From Octopus vulgaris (taxonomy: Eukaryota), in contig OX597830.1 in assembly GCA_951406725.2 (NCBI GenBank), forward strand, positions 52,514,001 through 52,578,000: a stretch of DNA of 64,000 nucleotides, read 5' to 3'. The notes beneath the pieces were generated by a model, which saw only the letters and a program-made list of their open reading frames with translations, made no database searches and was not told where the DNA came from. The position numbers and the translations under genes were made by a program. Of this stretch, positions 1-12,525 are shown piece after piece. Each line of letters begins with the position of its first letter. Within the stretch, counting starts at the first letter, position 1.

Positions 1-68
1 AGTTGGAAAGATCAAGGGAGTTCACTGACTAGGTGACAATGTCAGTATATGCTCTCTTTTATTAAATA

Positions 69-574
69 CTAGCAGTATCGCCCGGCGTTGCTCGGGTTTG
101 TAAGGGAAATAACTATATAAGCATTTTTAGAGAGTTACTTCCCTTATAAATTCGGGCTTTCTTAGCCATTTTTGTTTTGGTGTCTTCAAGCCATGAAGTC
201 GTTGTTCTAAAAGAACGCTGGTTTTCTTCACAACACATTACAACGTTGATTTCTTTACACCCCCTTCCCCACAGCTTCACGAGGGAGGGAAGGGGGAGAA
301 GCAAACAGGTGCAGCTGTGAGCGTGGACGCCAACTCCGCCGCCATCGACACACGATGCATTTTATGCATTAAAATGGAATAAAAAATGATGTTAAATTAT
401 TTTTAAAATCGTAGACTCATCGTTGACGCACGCTAATAGTCAGACGGGCTCGATATGAATCACGACTATAAGATACCCGAATTTGATTAAACTGCACCGC
501 AAAATGTGGGAGGAGTTAGGAATCTAAATCGAAGGGGACAGACACTCACACAACTAGAGTTTTATATATATAGA
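69..574 (-). mobile_element. Non-autonomous Helitron
   Basis: Minus strand starts A|TCTATATATATAAAA (574) and ends with hairpin CCCG-AGCAACGC-CGGG, then ...CTAG|T (69). Inserted between A and T, with no TSD. Confidence 0.8.
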
Positions 575-649
575 TTTTGGATTTTAACTCTTTGCAGTCT
601 CGACCATTCATTTTCCAAGGTCTGGAACTTCAGCCCTTTATTCAAAGCA

Positions 650-880
650 TGAATTTTGTTTAAACAGGTGCATGGCATTAACAAGACTCAGCAAATGGGA
701 AATGTGTCTGTCATTCTTGTAAGTCACAGCAGTGAATGTTTGCCTCGCTCCAATATATATTGTTTTTTTTTAAAACAACAGTCTATGAAGGGATTTTATC
801 TCAGACAACTCCACAGCATCATGCCTTCTAACTGTGTATACCCTTAGTATGAAACACAAATGGTGATATATAAAAATATA
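650..880 (+). mobile_element. Old PLE-type non-coding element with decayed hammerhead (same family as 17020-17330)
   Basis: ATTTTATCTCAGACAACTCCACAGCATCATGCCTTC matches ~17215-17255. ATGGCA-TTAACAA-GACTC...GAAATGTGTC-TGTCAT at 672-714 has HHR topology. Confidence 0.5.
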
Positions 881-944
881 ACTCCTCTATTACTCATACT
901 GAATGTGCTGTTTTCCTGACTTATGGACAATTTACTGATAATTT

Positions 945-948
<4 letters not shown>

Positions 949-1000
<52 letters not shown>
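949..1000. repeat. (TA)n microsatellite, representative of dozens of TA/CA/CT tracts in the window
   Basis: Seen directly. Confidence 0.95.
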
Positions 1001-1009
<9 letters not shown>

Positions 1010-1109
1010 TACATACATCATCATCATCATTTAACATCTGTTTTACATGCTGGCATGGGTTGGATTTTCTTGAGTACAGAAATGTGCCAAATATCTCAGT
1101 CCTTAGTCA

Positions 1110-1184
<75 letters not shown>

Positions 1185-1495
1185 TAAGGTATGTAGAAAA
1201 ATACAACATGGACAAGAACGTATAACTCTTAGAAGACGATACAATAAACACGGACAGGACATTCGAAACCCTCAGTCTTCAGTCAAGAACCGGATCATCG
1301 TAGTAATTTCGGCTGATTAATATATATATATATGCACACACATACACACACACACATATATATATACACACACACACACATACACACACTCACACACACA
1401 CAGCCACACAGAGTTCACCTTAAAGTATGCAAATATAGATCAGGATAGATATTAAATGCAGTTACCCTCTCTGTCTGTCTCTCTCCTCTCTCTCT

Positions 1496-1526
<31 letters not shown>

Positions 1527-2159
1527 CCCTCTCTCTCTCCTCTCTCACTTTATATATATATATATATATATATGAGTTTGGAAGGATATGTTATCTAGAA
1601 GGATACCATATTAGTTCAGTTAGGTCCCAGTTAACAGCTAACCATAACAATCAGTATCTAACGTCCTTGTCTACATTTAGTTGTTAGTCACTCAGTGAAT
1701 TTTTCCAATGGGTAAATCTGTGTACTCAACATTGGATGATAAAAATTGTCTGGAGTATATATATTTATAATAATAAAGAGTCTGAACTTGAGTAACAGGG
1801 AAGAAATAACTAACAATAGAAGTGACATAGACATTGAGACCATAGTAGCATGCACTGGAGTAAGCGGGGCGGAATGGTAACAGAAGAACAAGCAGTCAAA
1901 GTGAAGCAACCCTAACAAATTCTTTCACAGGCATAGAAATAGAAGGACAAACTGCTAGAAAGAGCAGCACCAAAATTAATAGCCATAGGGAATTCAGAAA
2001 TAACCCTTTCTACAATAGGCACAAATCCTGAAATGTAGTGGCGGGAAGCTATGACTAAATTACATTGACCCCAATGTTTCACTAGTACTTAATTTGTCGA
2101 CCTTGAAACCTTGAATGAAAGGCAAAGTTGACCTTGGAAGAAATAATTCTGGACCTGAA

Positions 2160-3355
2160 GAAGAAAGAACAGGAGAGACTTCTAGTGAAGTCAATAACAC
2201 AATAAATCATAGAAATAGACAAACAGGTCTATGCGACTGTGCTAGAGATATAGCATGCCCACTGAACTCAAAATGTAAAACTAAGAACCTAGTCTGTAGA
2301 TGCAAAGTTACCTCAGAGAAAAGGGACTAGTTTTATATAGGGGCCAGCTCTCTTTTTTCATAAAGAGACTGGCCAATTATTTAAATTCCTTTAGAGGTAG
2401 GGAAAAAATAAGTAATACAAGACTAAGTAAACTAATTTGGTCAAATAAAGACTAAAACAATAGCTAAGCTATTTATTGACAACTAATTAATACTGCTAAG
2501 CCTCATCAAATAGGGGGGAATAGATGTAACCTATGCGTAGAGGAACTTTATCCAATATTTATATCAAGATGCACATTAATACAAAATGCGAACAAGCCCT
2601 AAGATGTTTACACAAACATGTTGGGACCTTTAAGAGATATAGAGATAATTCTAGAAAGCCAACAGCCCAGCAAGAATTGAGCTTGAGATAACAAGTAGAA
2701 TAATGTAGCCTAAACATAAAAATATATAATAATCAGCATTAATAAAAAAATAAATAAATACCCTGCCCAATATATAACACAAATCATGAGCAGCCCAACC
2801 AAAAAATGAATATAAACAAATGTGAACTTTTCAATGCAAGCACTGCACTCAAAATCAAAGACATTACACGCACAACCATTAAAATGAACAAAGAGTCTTA
2901 CAAAAGCAATAATCTCAACCCTAACCTAACGTCAGCAACTTGGGTGAAGTTGAGGTCAACAGCACTGGAAATAACAACACCCCTACCTCCCCCAGAAGAA
3001 CAAAAATTTACTTCAATCAGTTCACTTCAAGGATAACCAAATGGACAGACCCTAATGAAGCTGTACCAACAATATTGCAAGGTTGCGTTTGCAATAGTGG
3101 GTAGTCACTGCAGCAGAAACATGTGTAGGTCATTATGTTATGTTGCATATAAAATAAGTTGTGTGGATGTACAAATCTCCTTACCCTTTATTATCATTAA
3201 TATTAATGTGTGTGTGTGTATGCGTGTGACAAAGGCTAGCAGGTTGAAACTTCAAAGTCACTGTCACTCCCTCTTCTTGTATGAGTTTAATAAACATATA
3301 CTCTACTGAATAGTAACGAGCAAGTCTTCAATTTAATGTTAAATTGCTTTTATAT
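2160..3355 (+). mobile_element. Penelope-like element 3' relic: GIY-YIG endonuclease pseudogene plus pLTR
   Basis: Translation with stops and frameshifts: CDCARDIACPLNSKCKTKNLVCRCKV..FYIG..KRLANYLNSFR..NTRLSKLIW..KPHQIGGNRCNLCVEEL..KCLHK. This matches the Cys-rich/YIG/SKxIW/CxLC/CxH pattern of PLE endonucleases. An A/C-rich 3' region and an HHR follow. Confidence 0.75.
3048..3131 (+). ncRNA. Type I hammerhead ribozyme, core mutated (CUAAUGA)
   Basis: Stem I GACC/GGTC; core CTAATGA; stem II GCTG/CAGC with inner TATTGCAA/TTGCAATA hairpin; GAAA; stem III ACA-TG-TGT; cleavage triplet GUA. Confidence 0.7.
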
Positions 3356-3387
3356 ATAACTTGACATACAAAATAAGCATTTATATA

Positions 3388-3691
3388 TCATCATCACCAT
3401 CGTTTAACGTCCGTTTTTCCATGCTAGCATGGGTTGGATGGTTCAACTGGGGTCTGGGAAGCCAGGAGGCTTCACCAGGCTCCAGTTTGATTTGGCAGTG
3501 TTTCTACAGCTGGATGCCCTTCCTAATGCCAACCACTCTGCGAGTGTAGTGGTGGGTGCTTTTTTTGTGCCACCGGCACCGGGGCCAGAGGAGGCTGGCA
3601 AACGACCACGATCGGTTGGTGCTTTTTACGTGCCACTGACACGGAAGCCAGTCAAGGCGGCACTGGCATCGGCCACATACGGATGGTGCTT

Positions 3692-3692
<1 letters not shown>
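3388..3692 (-). mobile_element. RTE LINE 3' end (5'-truncated copy or RTE-tailed SINE)
   Basis: Near-identical to the 3' UTR of the RTE at 57230-57620, with an (ATG)n tail. Further copies at ~1015, 7822, 11975, 16080, 20195, 21475, 27445, 28065, 37585, 40448, 41690, 45057, 51205, 53025, 55210, 61630 and 63520. Confidence 0.85.
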
Positions 3693-3726
<34 letters not shown>

Positions 3727-4145
3727 GTATTTGAAAACGCACTCTCTCACACATTCTTTTAGTCTCTTACTGGCTTCAGTCACTGGACTGTGTCCATACA
3801 AGTTTAAGGGTGCTTTTTCAATCAATCATATTAACTCTAGTATTTATTTCAGTCAGCAGTTTATTTCATTGATTTATATTTTATATTGGTTTACATTTCA
3901 TTGATCTCTATTTTAACAAGTTACTAAGTTGTGCTTTTTGACATGATGTTGGTTTTTACACCGTAAAGATAAACAGACATTGATATATAGGCATATATAT
4001 GTAAATATATATATATATTTTATTTATATATAGCAGAAGCAAGAGAGAGACTCATAGGCTGAGATTTTTGTGCTTTAATACTTGATAAGTGCTAATGCAT
4101 GCAACTCACAGCACATAAGTTACTCTGTTGCTTCTGCTGGATATT

Positions 4146-4242
<97 letters not shown>

Positions 4243-4300
4243 CATATAGAAGGATAAGTAGATTGTTCCCTGCTCCTGGTTTCTGTGTGTCTGCATGTGT

Positions 4301-4331
<31 letters not shown>

Positions 4332-4334
4332 ACC

Positions 4335-4735
4335 CCCTTGCTTGCGAAGACATGTTGGGGCAAGCGAAATCGAAATCGAAATCGAATTGAACCAGCCAGG
4401 ATCCCTGGTCTGGTGGTACGTAAAAAGCACCATCCGACTCGTGGCCGATGCCAGCACCGCCTTGTCTGGCTTCCGTGCCGGTGGCACATAAAATACACCA
4501 ATCCGACCGTGGCCGTTGCCAGCCTCGCCTGGCACCTGTGCAGGTGGCACGTAAAAAGCACCCACTACACTCACGGAGTGGTTGGCGTTAGGAAGGGCAT
4601 CCAGCTGTAGAAACACTGCCAGATAAGACTGGAGCCTGGTGCAGCCTTCTGGCTTCCCAGATCCCCGGTCGAACCGTCCAACCCATGCTAGCATGGAGAA
4701 CGGACGTTAAACGATGATGATGATGATGATGATAT
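4335..4735 (+). mobile_element. RTE LINE 3' end
   Basis: ...GTTGGCGTTAGGAAGGGCATCCAGCTGTAGAAAC...CCCATGCTAGCATGGAGAACGGACGTTAAACG(ATG)n. Confidence 0.85.
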
Positions 4736-4991
4736 ATATATATATGTGAGTGTGTGTTTGTGTGTGTGTCTTTGTGCCTTTGTTTGTCCCCACCACCACC
4801 ATTGGATAACCAGTGTTGGTGTGTTTGTGTTCCTGTTACTTAGCAGTTCAGCAAACAGACCAATAGAATAAGTACCAAGCTTAAAAAAAAAGAATAAGTA
4901 CTGGGGTCGATACATTTGACTAAAAATTCAAGGCAATGCCCCAGCATGGCAACAGTCTAATAACTGATACAAGTAAACAATAATATATCTA

Positions 4992-5305
4992 TATAATATT
5001 AGGGAGTATAACTCCAAACTTACAGGAAAAAAATTCAATTTAGTATTAAATCAAATTTCACAGTATAAATATATAAAATATAAATTAGAGATAAAACCAC
5101 TATCATGCAACTCAAACAGTGATAGACATAAACCAAAACAAAAATAACAAATAATATATATTTTTTGATCATTCATTTTTATACTTTTTGAGATCTAGTT
5201 ATAAGTTATATGTTTTATAAAAATATATATTATTTGTTATTTATGTTTTGATTTATGTCTATCACTGTTTGAGTTGCATAATAGTAGTTTTATCTCTAAT
5301 TTATA
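4992..5305. mobile_element. Hairpin + tail element with ~80-bp inverted arms
   Basis: 5079-5160 is the reverse complement of 5224-5305 with a few mismatches. One-sided extension at 4992-5078; (TA)n flank. Confidence 0.7.
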
Positions 5306-5880
5306 AATTATATATATATATATATCCTTCGAAACGTAGAATAGATGAAACCTTAGCAACTGAAGAAGGGGTTTTTTTGTTGTGTTAATTGTCCTGTACT
5401 CCATTTTTTGTTGTTTTTAAAAAAAATGTCCTGTTCCTTTGGTTTGTGTCTATGTTTTCGTTTCTCTTTGTGTTCGACGTCCCTTTGGTGTCCTGTACTC
5501 ATATATGCGTGTATATGTACATGTAGAGGTAGGTACGTACATATATGTTTATATATATGCATATGTTTTATTTCATTTATTAATGTATATATATATATAT
5601 ATACACGCACACACACACACATACACACCCACATCATGGAGTTGCGATGATGGTTTTACCTTCTGAGTCCTACATTACCCCTTTGCCAGCTAGTCTTCAT
5701 GCAAAAGCTGCTCTGAAGTGGACATCTGGGGGAGGGGACTTTCAAAGAAAGCCTCAAAAACATAAGGATCTGTTAAGCAGGAGTGACCACCCTAGCAGAT
5801 TTCATTGCTGTTTTCAGTGTCTCACAACTTAGGAAGATTTAAGTCACACTTACTCTCTCTCTCTCTCCCCACCTCTCTCT

Positions 5881-5915
<35 letters not shown>

Positions 5916-6132
5916 ATATTTTTGTGTGTGTGAGTACGCGTGTATATATATATATATATATATATACACGCACACACGTGCCTATGTAATGTACGTATTA
6001 TATATATACATACATACATATATATATATATATACACATACTTATACATGTATGTACTGTATGTATTATATAAAATACACATATATTTATACATACATAT
6101 GTATGTGCACATGTGTGTGTATGTGTGTATAA

Positions 6133-6167
<35 letters not shown>

Positions 6168-6168
<1 letters not shown>

Positions 6169-6281
6169 TTTATTTAAAGCAGCAGAAAATTTTCTGCTGC
6201 TTTAAATAAAGCATATTACTCTACCACTGGTATTTGAGTACTCTTTTTTCCCACCTTGTTTCACATTTATGTGTTTACTCC

Positions 6282-6283
<2 letters not shown>
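6168..6283 (+). mobile_element. Hairpin + tail element (perfect 44-bp palindrome plus tail) in (TA)n
   Basis: CTTTATTTAAAGCAGCAGAAAA|TTTTCTGCTGCTTTAAATAAAG, then tail TATTACTCTACCACTGGTATTTGAGTAC...TTTACTCCGG. Same family at 16812-16969 and 43990-44185. Confidence 0.8.
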
Positions 6284-6354
<71 letters not shown>

Positions 6355-7698
6355 ATCATTATACACACATACATGCATAATCATTCTCTGTCATTTGCTC
6401 TAGCCAATGATGGTGATGTTTTTGTTGAGTGCAGTAACTGTGTACGGTGCCAAACTAAGAGCTGAAAGATGAAGTTAATGGTGTGGAAACTGTAAATGAT
6501 TTGATGCAATATGTTGTGGCTGCTGCTGCTGCACTCGACACATGCAACTGTTGCATGACAGTGGTTGCTGCAGCGTGGTCCTTTAGTTGTAGCAGTTGTA
6601 GTAGTAATAGTGGCGGTGGTGGTGGGAGTATTGGGAAGGATGTGAGTGCACAAGTGTTTTGATTGGCTATTTCTGTGTCATAGAATCACTCAAGCAAAAC
6701 TGACCTTCACTACTCTACATCATCACCGACAACAATTATTACTATCACCACCACCACCACCACCACCACTACTACTTCTACTACTACTAATTCTGCTGCT
6801 GCTACTTTATAGAACTATGACAACCAACTACGACCATCTTCAAAACTATTATCACCACTACCACTAATACCATCACCACTACTATACTTAATACTCTTCA
6901 ACTCTCCAGTATATACTGGGTACTCCATGTACACTGGGTACTCTTGTACGCTCTACATATACTGAATATGCCAACCCATTCTTCACCCATTGTTCAGTTT
7001 ACTTTAAGTACTCTTGTACTCTTCAGCCACTCCTCATAAAGCATTAATTTTCTTTAAATTCAGGAGTTTACAATAGATTTGTACATTTACCAAGATGTAA
7101 AGACGTAATGCATTGTCAGAGAGAGAGACTTGGCTGCTATATTTAACACATCAATCAACAACCTGTCTCTCATTATTACTTCTCTACACTTCATTCTCTT
7201 TTCTGTTCTCTGTCTTGACATTATTAACGTTGTTGTGTCATTTGAGCTAAATTTTTTTTTGTTTCTAAATTGCTTTTAGTATTGTTTATAGTTGTTAGTA
7301 TTTTTTGTTGTTGCTATTAGCAATGTGCATCAGCATTGTTGTTGTTGTTGTGAGCAATGTGTGTTAGTATTTCTCTATTGACTTGAAGAAATCAATGCAT
7401 AAAACAAAAGTTAAAAAAAAAAAATCAATATTACTATCGATAGTCTTTCAATGATTGTATCTATATATATATTTTGGTGTTAATGTGTGTGTGTGTGTGT
7501 GTGTGTGTGTGGAGAGAGAGAGAGAAAGAGAGAGACCAACAGATTAACAGAGAGAAAAATAGATATATGCACATGTTTGTGCGTGTATGTGTATGTATAT
7601 ATGTGTATGTGTGTAGAGAGAGAGCGGGGAGGAAGAACTCGACAGGCTGACAGAGACAAATGGATAAATAGATAATGTACATGCATATATATGTTTGT

Positions 7699-7734
<36 letters not shown>

Positions 7735-7774
7735 TGCACACATATATTTGTGTGTGTGTGTGTGTGTTTATGTA

Positions 7775-7825
<51 letters not shown>

Positions 7826-8154
7826 TCATCATCATTTAACATCCGCTTTCCATGCTAGCATGGGTTGGACTTATATATATATTTATACACAGAGAGACAC
7901 ACACATTCACAGACAGGTAGAGAGAGAAAAACAGAGAGAGAGATAGGAGCATACATATGTGTGTGTATGTACACAGACTGGTCTAACCTACAGTTAATGG
8001 TTCACCAGTTATGGACACTGAAGTGTTAGTAAGAAATCAATCAGAGTTTTCTACAAATATTTCAATTGCTATCCTCATCAAGTTTCTAATTGTTCAACAT
8101 AAATATTGAAACAGCTGAACTATGTAAATATTTAAATAGCTTTAAACTGGAGGA

Positions 8155-8440
8155 TTTTAAAAGACAATATAGGGTACCCTTGAAAAATAAAGCAACGGTA
8201 AGTACCTTCAAAAGAAAACAGTAAACACCTTTAAAAGGTAACATTGTGTTACTTTTAAAAAAATGATGCCAAGTACTTTTAAAAAAACAATAGCAAGGAC
8301 TTTCGAAAGACAACAGTAAGAATTTTTAAGGAGGAACTCTGAGTATCTTTAAAAGACAATTGTAAAGAACTTTGGAAAGCAGCATTAATTACCTTCAAAT
8401 TGCAAACCCAAATACTTTTAAAAGGTAATACTAAGTATGT
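8155..8440. repeat. Degenerate ~23-bp minisatellite, about 12 units
   Basis: Units such as TTTAAAAGACAATATAGGGTACC, TTCAAAAGAAAACAGTAAACACC and TTTAAAAGGTAATACTAAGTATG. Confidence 0.6.
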
Positions 8441-8450
8441 TTAGTGAAGA

Positions 8451-8635
8451 TACAAGTGAAAGTCAAAAATTATCCACACTATTGCCATAACATATCTTTA
8501 TTATTGCCACACTGCCTTCTGAGAATGCATACTTATAGTTGGTACTATTGTGGTCACATGATCGAAGTTTTAGCCTGATTGCACCATTTTTCTTTCTGCT
8601 TTTACAGAGTAAGCATGGCCGCTCCACTAGCAATG
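8451..8635 (+). mobile_element. Mariner 5' end (TIR, leader and start of transposase)
   Basis: Homologous to 54505-54700, up to ATGGCCGCTCCACTAGCAATG. Confidence 0.8.
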
Positions 8636-10485
8636 CTGCATGGCCTGCATGTAGCAGAATGCAGTGTCAGCTTCTTCCTTTGATGTGCACAGTTGATCTA
8701 CTCTGCTGCATTTTACACAACTATAACTCTCAACAAGCATGTGGCACTTATCCCCATGGGTGATGTACAGTGGTCCAAACCCTTTAAACTTGGGATCATA
8801 TTCTGGCTGCTGTAACTCTTCCACCAGAAACTTTGCAAGATTGGTCTTGTTCCCACTATCACTAAGGAACTTCTTCCACTGTGTCGGACACTTCTGATGT
8901 CTGCCAAGGATCTTCATTTGCAAGACACCTGATGTTCCATGCTTTGCTCGCTCTGGGTTCTTGATAGACAGCTCAGGATACTGGTCCATAATTAGGTCTG
9001 TTCTGGCAGGGTTGTTGCTTGTTGACTTCAGCACTTCAAGAACGTAAGTAGCAAGATCTCTGAATGTCTTGGGGACTGTCTTTATGGATTGCTGCAAGGA
9101 CATTCTATCAAAGATCCATACTGCTGTTGTAGGGATGTTTTCTGCTGGTTTAGCTAGCTCTTCTAATGAATGTGAAAGGGTGTCTTGGTAGTCTTTGCAG
9201 GTGCACCATCAGGAGTTGCAAGGGGCCATGACTGAGGACCTAGTGGATACTGCAAAACTTCTTTCATGTTCATTTGTCTGTGTTGAGCAATAACCACCAT
9301 CTTTGCAAAGAGTCCCCTGTCAGCCTTGATTACAATATCTGTGGTGGTACCTTTGGTTTTCTTTGATTTCACTAGGTTCCTAAATGTTTCGAGTGCAGTC
9401 TTTGCTAATGGAGAATAAAAGTCTGTCTGACTGCTACACAGCCTCTTTTGTACAAAGGATGAGAAGACATTAGCTCCCTTCTCTTCTGCAGACAAAATAT
9501 CCTCTGTTATATCATCAGTGGCTTTTACTCCTGGTGCAATGTTGATGAGGGAATCAGCTGTGTTCTTCATCTCAAATGGATTCACCCAGCTTTCTATCAT
9601 GTCCATGACTTTTTTAATATCACCTTCATCTTTCTTTAGGCAAGGGGAACTAGTTTCTTTGTGGTGTTGGTTCTGGGCATCATACATACCAGCCAACATC
9701 CTGCAGATTTGAAGTATTCTTGTCCTGTCATGTGCTGTCAGAACCCAATGCTGCACTTCCCCTTGGTTGAGGCTGATACCTACTATACCACCACTCATTT
9801 TGGAGTCGTGATTCAAAGTTTGCTCAATGGTCTGGTCAACAGCAACTTGGGAAAATGCACTCTTGGAATTTCATTGAACTGTAAAATGCCCTTCAAGGAG
9901 AAGAGTATTGCTTTCAGGATGTGTCTGAGGCAGGGTCACCATCTCACACCAGTACACAGAGAGGTAACGGGCATAGTTTGTTCTGTCGTATGCAAACACC
10001 CAAGGTAGCATCTCACACACAGAAGCAAGATGCAAAACCCAGTTTCCCTCTATAGTAGCACATGTGAATCAAAGCAATAGGCAGACCAAGTTGATGTATG
10101 AGTCCCAAAAGGCTGCCAGTTTACCTTGGTCCAACTTGCAGAACTCATCAAATAATTCCAAGAGACGTATGAACTCTGGTGCCAACAACATGTTATTGAA
10201 GTTGTCTGAAGTGATCTCACTGCTGACATTATCCATTGCTGCCCAAGTGCGTTGGAGTAAATTAGCATGGCTCTTCTGTGCCCATTCATAGAAGGCTTTG
10301 ATTCTCAGACGCTGCATAGCTTTCATGACAATTTTGTGTGTTCATATGGTGCGATTGTATTGCCGACCCTCAAGCACTGCAGGAATTGAACCAGGAGCGA
10401 CGATACCAGCTTCGATGGCCATATCTGACAGTCCTGCATCACTGAACCTATTTCCCAGGATTGCAAGGAACATCATAACAAGAAA
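8636..10485 (-). pseudogene. Academ-like DNA transposase relic with XPG/PIN-type C-terminal domain
   Basis: Fragmented ORFs: LEGRQYNRT..HK, GNWVLHL, YDRTNYARYL..EM..LP.THP, FSQVAVDQTIEQTLNHDSK.SGGIVG, NPF, L.YPL.P....LAT.DG, WKKFL...GNK..LAKFL, EEADT. This matches the Academ transposase + XPG architecture. Confidence 0.7.
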
Positions 10486-10956
10486 TCTTAACAATGGTTC
10501 GGAAGTTTATTTTACAATCATAGGGGCCCAGGTTCAATCCCACTGCATGGTATCTGAGGCAAGTTTCATTATCATAGAAGCCCAAGTCTTGGGAGTGGAA
10601 GAGGGAAAGTGAAAATTGGGTTGCAATGGCCCCATCAGATGGATCATATCCGTAATTCAAAGACCCTAACCTTGTCATGCCCTGTGTCACACTGATTCTG
10701 CCTGAGAATTACATTGAGAATACACGTTGCTGTGAAATACTCAGCCACTTCCACACAAATTTAATGAGCTTATTAATTTGGCTGATCAAAATACTGAATT
10801 TTCATCATCACAGCTGACAAAGATCTATCTGTTTGTGTGCATGTGTTCTGATTTGACAGCCAAATAATTGATCTTTAATTAGAATCATTCGAGACCTGAC
10901 ATAATGTATACATAAGGTTTATTTCACAACTAGCTTAAAGTTTAGAGCTGCTGCTG

Positions 10957-10988
<32 letters not shown>

Positions 10989-11073
10989 TTATCGCAATCA
11001 TTAACTTTCTCACTCAACTCTCTTCTAACTCCAAATCTGTTTGCCAGTTCATTTCTTCAGGTATGTACACTGG

Positions 11074-11183
11074 TTTCTTCTTCTTCTTCTTCTTCTTCTT
11101 CTTCTTCTTCTTCTTCTTCTTCTTCTTCTTCTTCTTCTTCTTCTTCTTCTTCTTCTTCTTCTTCTTCTTCTTCTTCTTCTTCT
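11074..11183. repeat. (TTC)n / (GAA)n trinucleotide microsatellite, ~36 units
   Basis: Seen directly. Confidence 0.95.
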
Positions 11184-11568
11184 TGAAAGAAGTTAAACTT
11201 TACAGAATATATTATTGCATGCAGGTGGCAAGGGTTTACAATCCTTTTCTATAGTACACAGGGCATATATCCTCTAATTTTATGTTGACTAGTATCTAGA
11301 TAGTGGAAATTGGCTTAGAGTAATCACTGTGCAGATGCCACTGAATGTGTGTGTGTGTGTTCCCAAAATGAATTATGTATGTATTGAAAAACAAACAGAT
11401 AAGTAGATAGATATTTGATATGTCAATTATTATCATAACCATAATTTTAAAACAACCCTACTTCAGTCTCTTAATGAAATTTCTTGAATAAATAGAAATT
11501 ATGGGTACAGGTATGGTTGTGTCTTAAAGATGCTGGCTTGCCTCTGGTTTCAAGGTCAGTCCTACAGT

Positions 11569-11871
11569 TGTTTGTTCCTTCTCGAGCCATGCCTGGCTCA
11601 TAAGGGCCGGTTTCCCGGTTTCATTGGCATATAGGTTCCCCACCTGGACGGAACGCTGGTCCGTCGCAGGTGAGCTGCTAGTTGCAGGAGGAAAGAGTGA
11701 GAGAAAATTGTGGCGAAAGAGTCCGCAGAAGTTCGCCCTTACCTTCTACTAGAGCCACGTGGAGCTTAGGTGTTTCGCTCATAAACACACACATCACCCG
11801 GTCTGAGATTCGAACCCGTGATTCCTCGACCGCGAGTCCGCTGCTCTAACCACTAGGCGATGTGCCTCCAC
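11569..11871 (-). mobile_element. tRNA-derived SINE nested in an older SINE (11503-11975)
   Basis: Head GTGGAGGCACATCGCCTAGTGG (A box) and GGTTCGAATCT (B box). 11-bp TSD AGTCCTACAGT at 11558-11568 and 11873-11883. Confidence 0.85.
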
Positions 11872-12525
11872 TAGTCCTACAGTGCAGCACCTTGCACAAG
11901 TGTCTTCTGTTATACCACTGGTTGACCAATACCTTGAGAGTGGATTTTGTTGATGGAAACTGAAAGAAGTCCATCATTCATCATCGTCATCGTCACCGTT
12001 TGGCGTCCATCTTCCATGCATGCATGGGTAAGACTCTTGACAGGAGCTGGCCAGGTAGAAAAAACTACCCTAGACTACTGTGTCTGTTTTGGCAGGGATT
12101 TTATGACTGGATGCCCTTCTTAACACCAACCACTCCACAGAGTGGGCTCAGTGCTTTTGATGTGACACTAACATGGGTGAGGTTAGTTTCGGCATGATTT
12201 GTTTTACAGCTGGATGCCCTTCCAAGCACCAACTACATTACAGTGTGAACTGGAGGATTTTTAACATGGCACCAGTACTGTCAGGGTAACCAAGTAACTT
12301 GCAAGACAAGGAATTATGAGAGGAGTAGGGGCAGAGGCATTTGTGGAGGGGGACTTGTGTCAGAGGATGAAAGATTAAAGTGTAACAAAGAGTGTGTATA
12401 TGTGTGTTTGTGAGTGTGTGTGTGTGTATGTATATGTGTGTGTGTGTGTGTGTGTATATGGTGGGCTTTTTCCAAGGAATTTTTCAAAATAAATACATGA
12501 ACGTGTATATATATATATATATATA

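Noticed and set aside
4092-4694. Recurring ORFs containing MLAWVG..FLQLDALPNANH (also 3429, 20187, 40389, 45085, 57266)
   Set aside because: They are antisense translations of the RTE 3' UTR; the recurrence reflects repeat copies.
6381-6867. Thr/Ser-rich ORFs and a possible exon at 6403-6641
   Set aside because: Low-complexity trinucleotide sequence. All plus-strand frames of the putative exon contain stops and no domain is recognisable.
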